From contig JASGUU010000020.1 in assembly GCA_030057555.1 (NCBI GenBank), positions 5,286-69,285 of the forward strand: a stretch of 64,000 nucleotides of DNA. Direction: 5' to 3'. Numbering within the stretch: position 1 is the first letter of the stretch; every line of letters begins with the position of its first letter. Under the pieces are notes generated by a model, which did not search any database, had not been told where the DNA came from, and saw only the letters and a program-made list of their open reading frames with translations. Both the position numbers and the translations under genes were made by a program. This document shows, piece after piece, positions 19,549-29,700 of the stretch. This DNA is from Bacillota bacterium (GTDB lineage Bacteria; Bacillota; Clostridia; Saccharofermentanales; Fastidiosipilaceae).

Positions 19549-20346
19549 TCAGGAGGCGGTGTCGGTCGCCTCCGTCCCGGCTGCGCTTTCCTCTGCGCCC
19601 GGTTCTGTCTCGGGCGCTGTGGGTGCGGGCTGGGGCTTCGTCAGCGAAACCTCGCCGCCGCGCACTTCATAGAGACCCTGACTGGACGCGACACGAAGCC
19701 GGACATTCGCCTGCTCATCGTCGCTGTCGAGGCCATAGACGTCAGCCCGTGCGGCTTTGAATCGCTCATAGATCGCGGCGACGTCGCTCTCGCTCAGCTC
19801 TTCTTCGCTCGTCAGGATGAGGCTGTGGTTGCGCAGCCCGCTGAAGCCGTAGGCTTCCTCTGCAATCTCTTTGCCGGCGATGACGGCAATCCCGGCTGAG
19901 AGCTGGGCACGGCGCGACTCACGCATCAGGGTCAGGGGAACAAAGATGAGGGCCAGCACCAGCAGGATGGCGCTGACTCCGATAATGAGGCGGATGCGGT
20001 CGCCCTTCTGGATACGGGGAATGACCAGCTCCTTCTTCTGCAGAGCAACCTTCTGGGCCGGGGTCAGGCGGCCGGGCTGCGGTTTCGCCTTTCGCGGCTG
20101 CCGCTGGACGGCGGCTGTGGTCAGCGTAACCTGCCGCGTGGTGCTGAAGGCCAGTTCGCGTTCCGCGTCGGTCGGCTCATCCTGCTCTTCGTTCGGAAAA
20201 TCGTAGGCATCGGGATCCTCGTCGATGCGGATCGCCTCCGCCGGGGTGAAGCGGGCCCAGCAGAACATGCAGACAGCCCTGCTCTGACGATCATCGACCG
20301 TCAAAATGGATCCGCAGTTCGGGCAGCGCCCCTGTTTCATCGCCAT
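19549..20346 (-). CDS. Zinc-ribbon membrane protein, unknown function
   Basis: N-terminal CPNCGS...CMFCW zinc ribbon, one TM (IIGVSAILLVLALIFVPL). SD AGGTGA. Confidence 0.6.
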   Translation of the reverse strand: MAMKQGRCPNCGSILTVDDRQSRAVCMFCWARFTPAEAIRIDEDPDAYDFPNEEQDEPTDAERELAFSTTRQVTLTTAAVQRQPRKAKPQPGRLTPAQKVALQKKELVIPRIQKGDRIRLIIGVSAILLVLALIFVPLTLMRESRRAQLSAGIAVIAGKEIAEEAYGFSGLRNHSLILTSEEELSESDVAAIYERFKAARADVYGLDSDDEQANVRLRVASSQGLYEVRGGEVSLTKPQPAPTAPETEPGAEESAAGTEATDTAS

Positions 20347-20461
20347 GTCTCAATCACCTGCTTAATTATTCGTCGCTATCTGTGTACAGCCTGAAAGCAA
20401 AAACAAAGCTATTATAATGGCGAACCATCTTCGGTGCAATTGAAGAGGAGGATGAAAGCAC

Positions 20462-21757
20462 ATGAAGCTACAAACAGTCCGTGAATGTCTGCGTCCCGAG
20501 GCGCCGCCGGCGATTTTCCGACAGATTTATCCCGACGTCAGTACGCATGCTGATCGGGTCCGGCGCTTCGCCGAACTCGTCGAGCGCTTCGCCGCCTATT
20601 TCCCCGGACACGAGGCTGGCCTTCGCCTCTTCTCCGCTCCCGGCCGGACGGAAGTCTGCGGCAACCACACCGACCACCAGCACGGCAGGGTCATCTGCGC
20701 CACCATCGATCAGGACATCATCGCCGTCGCCGCTCCGACCGACGACGGGATCATCCGTCTCAAGTCCGAAGAGTACGAAAATGAGGATCTGATTGACCTC
20801 TCCCGCCTTGAGCCGGTCGAAGAGGAGAGCGACCACTCCGCCTCCCTGATCCGCGGCGTGGCGGCGGCTTTCGCCGCCTGGGGCTATAAGATCGGCGGTT
20901 TCGTCGCCTACACCACGAGCCATGTCCCGCCCGGCAGCGGCCTGTCCTCATCGGCGGCCTTTGAAGTGCTCGTCGCCACCATCATGAGCGAGCTATACAA
21001 CGAAGGAAAGGTCGACCCTGTCACCCGTGCACGGGCCGGCCAGTATGCCGAAAATGTCTTTTTCGGAAAGCCTTCCGGCCTGATGGATCAGTGTGGTTCG
21101 GCTGTCGGCGGCTTCATGACGATTGATTTCGAGAATCCCAAAAACCCCGTGATTCGTGCGCTGGGCGCTCCGCTCGAGCAGGGCGGTCTCCATGTGGTCA
21201 TCACCCGCGCCGGCGGCACCCACGCCGACCTGACACCCGATTACGCCGCCATCCCCGTTGAGATGCGGCAGGTGGCTGCGGCTCTCGGCCACAGTGTCCT
21301 GCGCGAGGTCGATCCGGCCCGCTTCTATGCCGACTATGCCCGTCTGCGCGCCGCGGTCGGCGATCGGGCGATGCTGCGGGCGATGCACTTTCTGGCCGAA
21401 AACGAGCGTGTGCGTATCGCGGCGGATGCTCTCGAGGAGGCCGATCTCGACTGCTTCCTGGAGCAGATCCGGACTTCCGGACGCAGCAGCGACATGCTTC
21501 TGCAGAACGTCTGGACCGCGACCTCACCGCGCGAACAGCCCATCGCCGTTGCCACGGCTCTGTCGGAGCATCTGCTGGCCGGAGCCGGAGCCAGCCGCGT
21601 CCATGGCGGCGGCTTCGCCGGTACCATGCAGTCCTTCGTGCCGGAGGCGCTGCTGGCGGATTATGTCGCGGGCATGGAAGCCGTTTTCGGTAAGGGTTCG
21701 GTACTCCCGATCAACGTGCGCCCGCTCGGTGCCTGCGCTGTTCCGCTCGATATCTGA
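20462..21757 (+). CDS. Galactokinase-family GHMP sugar kinase
   Basis: GRTEVCGNHTDHQHG (galactokinase signature variant), PPGSGLSSSAA (GHMP ATP motif), GGGFAG. SD GAGGAGGA. Confidence 0.85.
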   Translation: MKLQTVRECLRPEAPPAIFRQIYPDVSTHADRVRRFAELVERFAAYFPGHEAGLRLFSAPGRTEVCGNHTDHQHGRVICATIDQDIIAVAAPTDDGIIRLKSEEYENEDLIDLSRLEPVEEESDHSASLIRGVAAAFAAWGYKIGGFVAYTTSHVPPGSGLSSSAAFEVLVATIMSELYNEGKVDPVTRARAGQYAENVFFGKPSGLMDQCGSAVGGFMTIDFENPKNPVIRALGAPLEQGGLHVVITRAGGTHADLTPDYAAIPVEMRQVAAALGHSVLREVDPARFYADYARLRAAVGDRAMLRAMHFLAENERVRIAADALEEADLDCFLEQIRTSGRSSDMLLQNVWTATSPREQPIAVATALSEHLLAGAGASRVHGGGFAGTMQSFVPEALLADYVAGMEAVFGKGSVLPINVRPLGACAVPLDI

Positions 21758-21758
21758 G

Positions 21759-22358
21759 ATGTCTGCAGAGGCCTGGACCGAAACAGATCGGGAGGCCATG
21801 GCCCTGGCCCTGGCCGAGGCAGGGAAGGCGGCGGCGGCCGGCGAAGTGCCGGTCGGCGCCGTCCTCGTTTCGGCTGCAGGCGAGATCATCGGCCGTGGCC
21901 GCAATCGCCGCGAGGCCCGTCAGGACGTTACGGCCCATGCGGAACTCGAAGCGCTGCGCGAAGCTTCCGAGAGTGCCGGCAGCTGGCGCCTCGACGGCAG
22001 TCGCCTCTATGTCACTCTCGAACCCTGTCACATGTGTGCGGCCGCCTGCCGCCAGGCCCGGGTGGCGGAGATTATCTTTGCCACCCGCGACCCAAAAACC
22101 GGTGCACTCGTCTCTGCCGACAGGCTGTATGAGCGGCCGCCCCACTTTCATGACCCGCTGCTGCGCGAAGGTCTCGAACGCGAGGCGGCGAGCCGGCAGC
22201 TGCGTGATTTTTTCGCTGCTTTGCGGCGGCGCAACCGCCGCCTCGCCAGACAGGGTTTCAGCCGCGGCGTGCTCCGTGATGCGCGAATCAGCGGGGAGCT
22301 GGACCGCCATGCGGATGTCGATGACGATAAAGATAATGATGGAAGCGGGCGGCACTGA
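21759..22358 (+). CDS. tadA: tRNA adenosine(34) deaminase with ~50-aa C-terminal tail
   Basis: HAELEAL and TLEPCHMCAAAC zinc motifs. ATG lies 1 nt after the stop of the kinase gene. Confidence 0.9.
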   Translation: MSAEAWTETDREAMALALAEAGKAAAAGEVPVGAVLVSAAGEIIGRGRNRREARQDVTAHAELEALREASESAGSWRLDGSRLYVTLEPCHMCAAACRQARVAEIIFATRDPKTGALVSADRLYERPPHFHDPLLREGLEREAASRQLRDFFAALRRRNRRLARQGFSRGVLRDARISGELDRHADVDDDKDNDGSGRH

Positions 22359-22385
22359 GTCGGCAGGCTTTCTCGCTCGTTTGGG

Positions 22386-22640
22386 CAGGATCGAGAGAAA
22401 TCCAAAAAGTAATTTGGAAAACTCCCCATCTTGACCACAAAAGGGTCGTTTCTGGTCAGGATTAAGAGAAATCCAAAGAGTTATTTGGAAAACTCCCCAT
22501 CTTGACCACAAAAGGGTCGTTTCTGGTCAGGATCAAGAGAAATCCAAAAAAAGATTTGGATTACTCGCCGTTTTGACCACCAGAGGACTGTTTCTGGTCA
22601 GGATCGAGAGAAATCCAAAAAGTAATTTTTCATCCTAATC
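22386..22640 (+). repeat. Tandem array of 71-nt units (3.5 copies), variant of the 8367 array, no arms
   Basis: Unit starts cagga at 22386, 22457, 22528 and 22599. Units contain agagaaatccaaa...tttgga and cttgacca-N15-tggtcagg. Confidence 0.85.
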
Positions 22641-22739
22641 TGGCCCTACACCCCGGTTTTCGGCCCGCTGCAGCAGCTATCGCTGTTCTTTGCCGCCTGC
22701 TTCAGCCTGTCGGGCTCCCCTGCCCCGTTTCGGTCCGCC

Positions 22740-25700
22740 TCAGTCAACCGCAAAGGCGCGGCGGGCGGGCAGAGACCAGATAAGGCGACGGGCAGGCGCG
22801 AGTCCCGTGCCCAGTTCCAGCGCCTGGCTGTAGAGCTCGATCTGGCGGCGATAGCGCCCGAGCAGCAGGGCGGCGGCCTCATTGGGATCCGGCGGTACGC
22901 GATCAGATTTATAGTCCACCAGCACCAGGCTGCCGTCTTCCGCCGTGAAGTAGATATCGATCATGCCCTGAATGAGGATGCTCTCATGCGGGGGGAAGTC
23001 GCGGTCGGGGAAGAGCTTTCTGGCCTCCCAGGCATAGGAAAAGGGAATCTCCCGATACAGGGGGCGTCCGGCCTCTTCGCAGGCGGCAATTTCGCCCGCC
23101 AGAGGCGAACGGTAGAAGGCAGCGAGATCCGCCTCGCGGCCGGCGATCAAAGCCCGCTCTTCTGGCAGCAGGACACCCTCCGCACAGAGCCCGTCAAGGG
23201 CGGCCGTCAGTGCGGCCGCGCTGTCGGCTGCTCTGTGCAAAGCTGCGACCGGCAGGAAACGCAGTGCCTGATGGAGCGCGGTGCCCCGTCTGCGTCCCTG
23301 ATCGGAGACGCTGTCGCGCCCGGAGAGATCCCAGTCATCCAGTTCCAGAACCTGACCACGGGCTTCGGGCAGCCTCAGACTGTCAACAGCGGTGCGCTCG
23401 CCGGCCTCTTCATACGTTTCTTCGAGGCGTTTCAGTTCACTCACGCTGTACTTCAGCACCGTGGTTGTCGCATCAGGCCAGGCATACGGCGCCAGCGGCT
23501 CCACAGCCACAGGTCCGGCGACAGGGAGCTGCGCTTCCGTGCGCGGCGCAGCCACCCGCGGCAGCAGGCTGCTTTCGCGCACGAGCTCCACGCGCGCATG
23601 GGCGGCCTCGAGGCTGCCCTCCCGCAGCAGCACATCCACCGGATCCCGGCTGAAGATCTCGAGCAGGATGAGATCACGCGCATTGGCGGCGGCGCGTACG
23701 AGGGCGGCGGGCCAGGGGCGGGCGGGTAGACAGGCGGCCCGTCCGGCCAGCGTCTCGAGGTAGTTCTGATCCTCGGGCAGCGAGGCGATGAGAGTCAGGG
23801 TGTTTTCCGCCCGGGTCAGGGCAACATAGAGCAGGCGCAGCTCCTCGGCCAGGTTTTCGCGCATTTCCTGCTCGCGGATGACCTGAAGGGCGATGGAGGG
23901 CCAGCGCAGGGGCTGTTCCGCCGGTGCCACCACCGCCCCCAGCCCGAGACGGCTGTGCAGGGCGGCGGCGGCCGTCGAACGGCGCTCGAGGCGGGCGTCG
24001 ACGCCGATCAGGTAGACCTCGGGAAATTCGAGGCCCTTTGAGCGATGCATGGTGGTTACGGTGACAGCATCCTCGCCCATATCGCTGTCTGCGAAGAGAT
24101 TCTGTTCCGGCCGGCGGGCCCGCTCACTCTCGAGGAAGTCGGCGAGACGGCCGAGATCACGGCCATGGACCGGCTCCCAGGCGGCGAGCCAGGCGAGGAA
24201 GCGGTCTAGGGTGCCGAGACGGCGTGCGCCTTCTGCACCCGCCGCGAGCAGGGTTTCGAGGCCCATGTCCTCGATTGCGAGGCGGGCGACATCGAGCAGG
24301 GAGTGCTCACGGGCGGCGGCGGCGAGGCGGTCGAGCCAGGCGAAGAAGCGCTCGAGCTGCGTGCGGAGGCGGTTGTCGGGGCCGGCTTTACAGTACCAGA
24401 GCACCGCTTCATGATAGGGTTCGCGGCGGGAGAGGGCCCCTGCTTCGAGGGCGGCGGCGCGGATCTCGAGCAGGTCTGTGTCATCGAAGCGGCCGTAGAC
24501 CGGAGCCTGTCGCAGGCAGGCAAGAAGCGGCAGATCCTGCAGGCGGTTGTTAACCAGGCGCAGCAGCTGATCCAGCAGGCCCAGCTCCCAGCTGCCCATG
24601 AAGCGCTCCTCCTGCCTCGCAGCGACAGGGATGCCGGCCGCCGTGAGCACCTGGGCCACCTGCGTCACGGCGCTGTTGCTGCGGCAGAGGACGGCAATGT
24701 CACGCCAGGAGAAGTCTTCTCCCGCCCTGCGCCGGGTGACCAGTTCTCCGGCAATCCAGAGCGCCTGCCGCTCGAAGCGATGCAGGTCGGCCATGTCCGC
24801 GCCCTCGTCTTCACCGGCCGCCTCCTCCCCCGTCAGCAGGACAAGGCGCACCGGACATCGGGGCGGCGCCTCACAGTCCCCGCGATGCGGGACCAGCGCA
24901 TGGCCGTCGCGGTAGTCGATATCGGCGCTCTCGCGGCTCATGATCGAGGCAAAGAGACTGTTCACGGCTGTGAGGACAGCGGGTACGCTGCGGAAGTTCA
25001 CCGACAGGCGCAGCAGTGTACCCGGCGTGCCGGGATCGGCGGCCTCATCCATGCGCCGCACAAAGAGTTCGGGTGCCGCATGGCGGAAGCGGTAGATGGA
25101 CTGCTTGATATCGCCGACGGCGAAGTCGCGGCCGGGGGCGAGACGGGCGATGATCTCATTCTGCAGGGCGCTGGTATCCTGATACTCGTCAATCAGGACC
25201 TCGTCGATGTTCCCGCCGAGCCAGCTCTGAACCTCGTCCCGTTCGAGCAGGGCGAGGGCGAGATGCTCAAAGTCAGCGAAGTCCAGCGTCTGCCCGGACT
25301 CGCGCCCGGCAATCAGCTCGTCGTCGAGCCAGCTGAGCAGCAGGCAGCAGGCATCGATGAGGGGCAGGGTCGATTCCAGTTCTGCGCCTATTTCGGAGGC
25401 GCTGAGGGTGAATACGCCGTCGAAGGGATCGCGGCGGCTTTTCGCCCGCGGCAGCAGCGGGGCAAGGGCGGGCTCCATTTCGCTTTTTATGTAATTTCGC
25501 AAAGCTTCGCTGGCGGGGCTTTGGTAGCGTCCCGAGTGCTCAGGGTAACTGAGCGTCCGGGCCTGGGCGACGATGTCATCCCAGCCCGGAGCAGCGGTCG
25601 TGAGTTCCCGATGGAGCCGGGCCGCTTCATCCATCAGATGGATCAGGCCACTGGTGACGGCGAGATTTCTGGCCTCGTTGGCACGTGCTTTCGGTGAATA

Positions 25701-26486
25701 GATCAGGGCATCCGGATCGGCAAGGAGTTCCAGCAGGGTCCCGCGCGTGGCGAGCAGGCCGCCGAGGCGTTCGGCGAGGAGCTCCAGCAGCCAGGCGGCG
25801 ATGGGTCCGGCTGCGAACCCGGCAGCCTCGCGGTGGGCGGCGCGGCGGGCGCTCTCGAGGCGGTCACGGTAGCGCGGGAGAGCCCGCAGCTGGTGGTAGA
25901 GATTGTCGAGAAGCACGCGCAGCTCCGGCTCCGGCAGCACATCGAGGAGCATGACGACGGCTGCGGTCAGCGGCTCACACTCCGTATCCGCTGCCGTATC
26001 GAGGCCGGCGGAGGCGAGGGCAAAGAGGCGGTCGAGCGCGTTCTGGAAGCTGCGGGCGGACTCCTCGGCATCGCACGTGCGGGTCTCGGCTGAAACCGGG
26101 CCGCGGCCGTCCCGTTCGCGGTCCAGGAGGTAACCGAACTGCCGCACGAGGCGCAGACAGGCCGCATGGATGGTAGAGATCTGAGCAAAGGGCAGGCTCA
26201 GCAGTTCTTCCTCAAGGCGCTGGCGATCGGCCTCTGTGGTGGCGGCACGCAGGGCCGTGTCGAGGCGCTGAGCGATTTTTCGCGTCATGGAAGCCGCGGC
26301 CGCTTCGGTAAAGGTCATGATGACGCAGCGGGAGAGCTTCACCTCTCCGCTCAGCACACGGCGGACAATGCGCTCGACCATGACAGTTGTCTTTCCGGAG
26401 CCGGCCGCCGCCGTCACCAGAATCGAGCCGGGAGGCGCGTCGATAACCCGCTGCTGTTCGGGCGTGAACTTCAGTGACCCGCTCAT
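22740..26486 (-). CDS. addA: ATP-dependent helicase/nuclease AddA
   Basis: UvrD-type helicase motifs (TAAAGSGKTT, DEYQDT) and a C-terminal PD-(D/E)XK nuclease (GMIDIY...DYKSD). Alternative TTG start at 26558. Confidence 0.93.
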   Translation of the reverse strand: MSGSLKFTPEQQRVIDAPPGSILVTAAAGSGKTTVMVERIVRRVLSGEVKLSRCVIMTFTEAAAASMTRKIAQRLDTALRAATTEADRQRLEEELLSLPFAQISTIHAACLRLVRQFGYLLDRERDGRGPVSAETRTCDAEESARSFQNALDRLFALASAGLDTAADTECEPLTAAVVMLLDVLPEPELRVLLDNLYHQLRALPRYRDRLESARRAAHREAAGFAAGPIAAWLLELLAERLGGLLATRGTLLELLADPDALIYSPKARANEARNLAVTSGLIHLMDEAARLHRELTTAAPGWDDIVAQARTLSYPEHSGRYQSPASEALRNYIKSEMEPALAPLLPRAKSRRDPFDGVFTLSASEIGAELESTLPLIDACCLLLSWLDDELIAGRESGQTLDFADFEHLALALLERDEVQSWLGGNIDEVLIDEYQDTSALQNEIIARLAPGRDFAVGDIKQSIYRFRHAAPELFVRRMDEAADPGTPGTLLRLSVNFRSVPAVLTAVNSLFASIMSRESADIDYRDGHALVPHRGDCEAPPRCPVRLVLLTGEEAAGEDEGADMADLHRFERQALWIAGELVTRRRAGEDFSWRDIAVLCRSNSAVTQVAQVLTAAGIPVAARQEERFMGSWELGLLDQLLRLVNNRLQDLPLLACLRQAPVYGRFDDTDLLEIRAAALEAGALSRREPYHEAVLWYCKAGPDNRLRTQLERFFAWLDRLAAAAREHSLLDVARLAIEDMGLETLLAAGAEGARRLGTLDRFLAWLAAWEPVHGRDLGRLADFLESERARRPEQNLFADSDMGEDAVTVTTMHRSKGLEFPEVYLIGVDARLERRSTAAAALHSRLGLGAVVAPAEQPLRWPSIALQVIREQEMRENLAEELRLLYVALTRAENTLTLIASLPEDQNYLETLAGRAACLPARPWPAALVRAAANARDLILLEIFSRDPVDVLLREGSLEAAHARVELVRESSLLPRVAAPRTEAQLPVAGPVAVEPLAPYAWPDATTTVLKYSVSELKRLEETYEEAGERTAVDSLRLPEARGQVLELDDWDLSGRDSVSDQGRRRGTALHQALRFLPVAALHRAADSAAALTAALDGLCAEGVLLPEERALIAGREADLAAFYRSPLAGEIAACEEAGRPLYREIPFSYAWEARKLFPDRDFPPHESILIQGMIDIYFTAEDGSLVLVDYKSDRVPPDPNEAAALLLGRYRRQIELYSQALELGTGLAPARRLIWSLPARRAFAVD

Positions 26487-26578
26487 CTGACGCAGAGCAG
26501 CATCCGTGGCTGCAGTGAGCCGCCTGCAGGGCCGGCGGACGGTGAAAAATGCCAGCAACTCACGCTGTTCACCTCCGG

Positions 26579-26708
26579 GTGTGCAATTTTTACGGGCTGG
26601 GCGGGTTTCGGCTGCGCTGAACGGAAATTTTGCACAGATAAGGGGGTGGAGTGTGCAAATTTTACAGGCTGGACGGGTTTCGGCTGTGCAGAACGGAAAT
26701 TTTGCACA
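26579..26708. repeat. Two 58-nt palindromic units in the addB-addA spacer
   Basis: gtgtgcaatttttac...ggaaattttgcaca at 26579-26636 and 26651-26708. Terminal inverted repeats of about 12 nt, 72-nt phase. Confidence 0.85.
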
Positions 26709-26790
26709 TTCTGGGGATTCTGTTCTGTCGACCCGGTCATCCGACGGCGTGCATCTTCACTCCAGACCCAGTCCACGCCCAAGCCGCCGT

Positions 26791-29700
26791 TCATGCTTCC
26801 TTCTCCTCTCCGCCCACCAGGCGGATGTAGCGTTCGCGCCGTCTTGAGTTCCGGCCAGATTCGGGCGGCGGCAGGCAGTTCTCGCGGCGCGATTCAGAGA
26901 GTGGCTCCTCGATGCCGCAGGCCTGGCGCTGCAGGCACCAGGCGCAGGGCAGATCGCTGCCCGAGGTGCGCCGCGGCGCGACCGGATAGCGGCCGGCCCT
27001 GATGTCCCGGGCATAGCGCTCGAGCCAGCGCCGGTTGTAGCGGATCGCCCGCTGCATCGTCACAGCGTCAAAATCCAGATTGCGGTAGCCGTAGCGCCTG
27101 TCCCTGATCCGCGCGCCCTCGGCGGCGGGATCATCCGGCCGCTGCGCGAGGCTCTCACGCGGACTGCGCAGCTGAACATAGCCGGCGTCGATGCCCGCGC
27201 CTGGCTCAGCCGTGCTGCTCAGGGCATCCGCATAGGTCAACAGCTGCAGATCAAGCCCGGCCGCCATGCGCTCCCATTCAATCTCGGCCGCGCCGGTTTT
27301 GTAGTCGATCAGGCGCTGGCCGCTGCCCTCCACCGCCAGGTCACGGCGGTCGATGACCCCGACGAGCCGGCTGTCCGCGTCCAGCTGCAGTTCGAAGCCC
27401 AGTTCGAAGGCATCGGGCCGCCATTTTTTGCTCCGCAGATCGTCCACGAGCACCGGCAGGGCGGCCCGGACGCGCTCGATGCCGCTGCGGCGCCGGGTCT
27501 GGAAGCCTCCGCCTGTGCGGTAGGCGGCGAAGCGCCCGTCCGCCGCGATGAGACGGTCGGCGCGGCGATCGAGGCCGCCGTGCTCGAGCCCGGCCTGCCA
27601 GTCCGCGATACGCGCCTCCTCACCCTGCTCCTCCTGCTCCGTCAACAGACCGACGAGCTCCGCCATCAGCTCTTCCATCAGGGCATGGACGAGATCACCG
27701 CGCAGGCGGGGATCGGCCTGCCAGCGCTCGCGCTCGTCGACTCCGAGCAGGATGCCGGCAAAAAACTGCCAGGGACAGGCAGCATAGCTTTCGAGCCGGC
27801 TGACCGATAACGTCGCCGGGCTGCCCAGCAGCAGGGGGACGCGGACGGCTGCCGCCCCGGCTTCGATGCTGGACTTGTTCGCAACGGGTTGAGGCCGTTT
27901 CCGCGCCGCCTGAAGCGCCTGCGTCCGCCGTGCGATCGCGGGAGAGGCGAGGCGCGGGTCACCAGCCGGAATCGCATCGGAAATCCGGCACTCCTCGACG
28001 CTCAGAAACTGGCAGCGCGCCCGCAGCATGGTGGCCAGCTCGCCCGGTTCACCGGCCAGCGAAATGGTCAGTCTCTCGGCCGGACAGCGGAACAGCTGCT
28101 CCACCCAGAACGCGTGGCGGATCTGCCGGCTCGCCTCAAAACCCGGCAGCCGCGCTCCGCCCTCTCCTTCGATGAGGGCGGCCTCCTCATCGCGCAGCAG
28201 ACTCGTCGCCGCCCCGGTTTCGGGCAGATGGGCGTTCGAGGCGCCGAGGAGATAGAGCTGCCTCACCGGCAGGAAGTCGAGGCGCCGCACGGGGCTGACA
28301 ATGACCTCATCCATCCGCGAGGGCAGGCTGCCGACGGCCTCCACCTGATAGAGGGCGTCGAGATGCCGGCCGAGCGAATGGGCATCCATCACGTCATCCG
28401 CAAAGTTCGTCCGCAGCCGGCCGAGAAAGTTCCCGAGTATGACCCAGGCACGCACCAGAGCCTCGGCCTCCGCCTCGCTGCCGGCAGCCTGCAGGGCCCC
28501 GATACGTGCCTCCAGCAAAGGCCGCAGCCCGGCCGCCTCGAGCAGCCGGGCGAGCGCCTCCCCGGCGGCGCCCCCGTTCTGTGCCCGGCCAAGAGCCGAG
28601 ACGGCCGGACGCAGCGGATCCAGCCATTCGCGTCGCAGGGCGAGAAGCTCGGGCACATCCTCGTAGCCCGGGTCGTGAAAAATCCGTCCGTGGTCCAGCC
28701 CACGGGCGATGAGATGGTTTTCCAGACGGTCGATCAGCTCCTCCCGCCCCGGGGGCAGCAGCAGCCCCGAGCGCAGGGCGGCGAGCAGCGCACCACGTGG
28801 CCAGTTCCGCGCCGCCAGAGCAGTCAGCTGCTGCAGCAGCCGGGCGAGGCTGACCTCGGCGAGCGGCGGCCGGTCATCGATATAGGCCGGGATATGGAAG
28901 CGGGCGAAGGCGCGGGCCAGCCGGGCGAGGCCGCCGGGCGAGGCCTGGCAGACCGCGATCTCGCGGTAGCGACGCCCCGCCTGCACCGCCGCATGGATAC
29001 GGGCGGCCACCGTTTCCGCCTCCGCGAGCTCCGATTCCGCGTAGAACAGCTGGACCGGATCCCGCGGCAGCCTGGCGGCAGGCGACTGACCCGTTTCCAG
29101 CACGATGCGCTCAAGTCCGGGCAGGATCCGCGCCAGCGCCGCATACGTCTCCGCCCCGCCGCGCCAGGCCGGCGCCGTGGCCGCGGTGGCCGCGGCGGCA
29201 GCCGCATCCTGCGCGCCTGCACCCGCCTCGGGCGGGAGCGGCTCGCGCACCAGCGTCACCGTCAGGCCGGCCAGGATGCGACCGAGAGAGCCGAGAATCG
29301 CGAGTTCCTGCGGCGTGAAGCCGCGCGTTTCCCCGAAGCCCGTGACCCAGACCCGCGCGTCGCGCAGCCAGGCGAGGCGCCGGGCACGGGGGGACACGGC
29401 TCCCCCCTCGACCTCGGCGAGCAGGTCCGCCAGCCGGTCCAGCAGGGCCGTCACCGGCTCCAGTCCGAGCTCGCCGAGCGCCGCCCGCTGATCGGCCTCG
29501 AGCCGCGCAAACTCCTCCAGCTTTGCGTGGCCGTGTGCGGCCGGCGCCAGAGCCGCCGCCCGTTCAAGCGCAGCGGCGTCGATGCCATAGCGGCGGAAGC
29601 TGTCCAGCAGCGAGGCGAGATGCCCCAGGAAGCTGTCCTCACTCACGAGCCGGTGAAAGAGCGGATAGCGCTCCCGGCCGCCACGGCGGATCACGCGGGC

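Noticed and set aside
26483-26794. 103-aa ORF spanning the addB-addA spacer
   Set aside because: Its sequence is the translated repeat (QNFRSAQPKP.QPVK.AH twice), it overlaps both flanking genes, and it has no SD.
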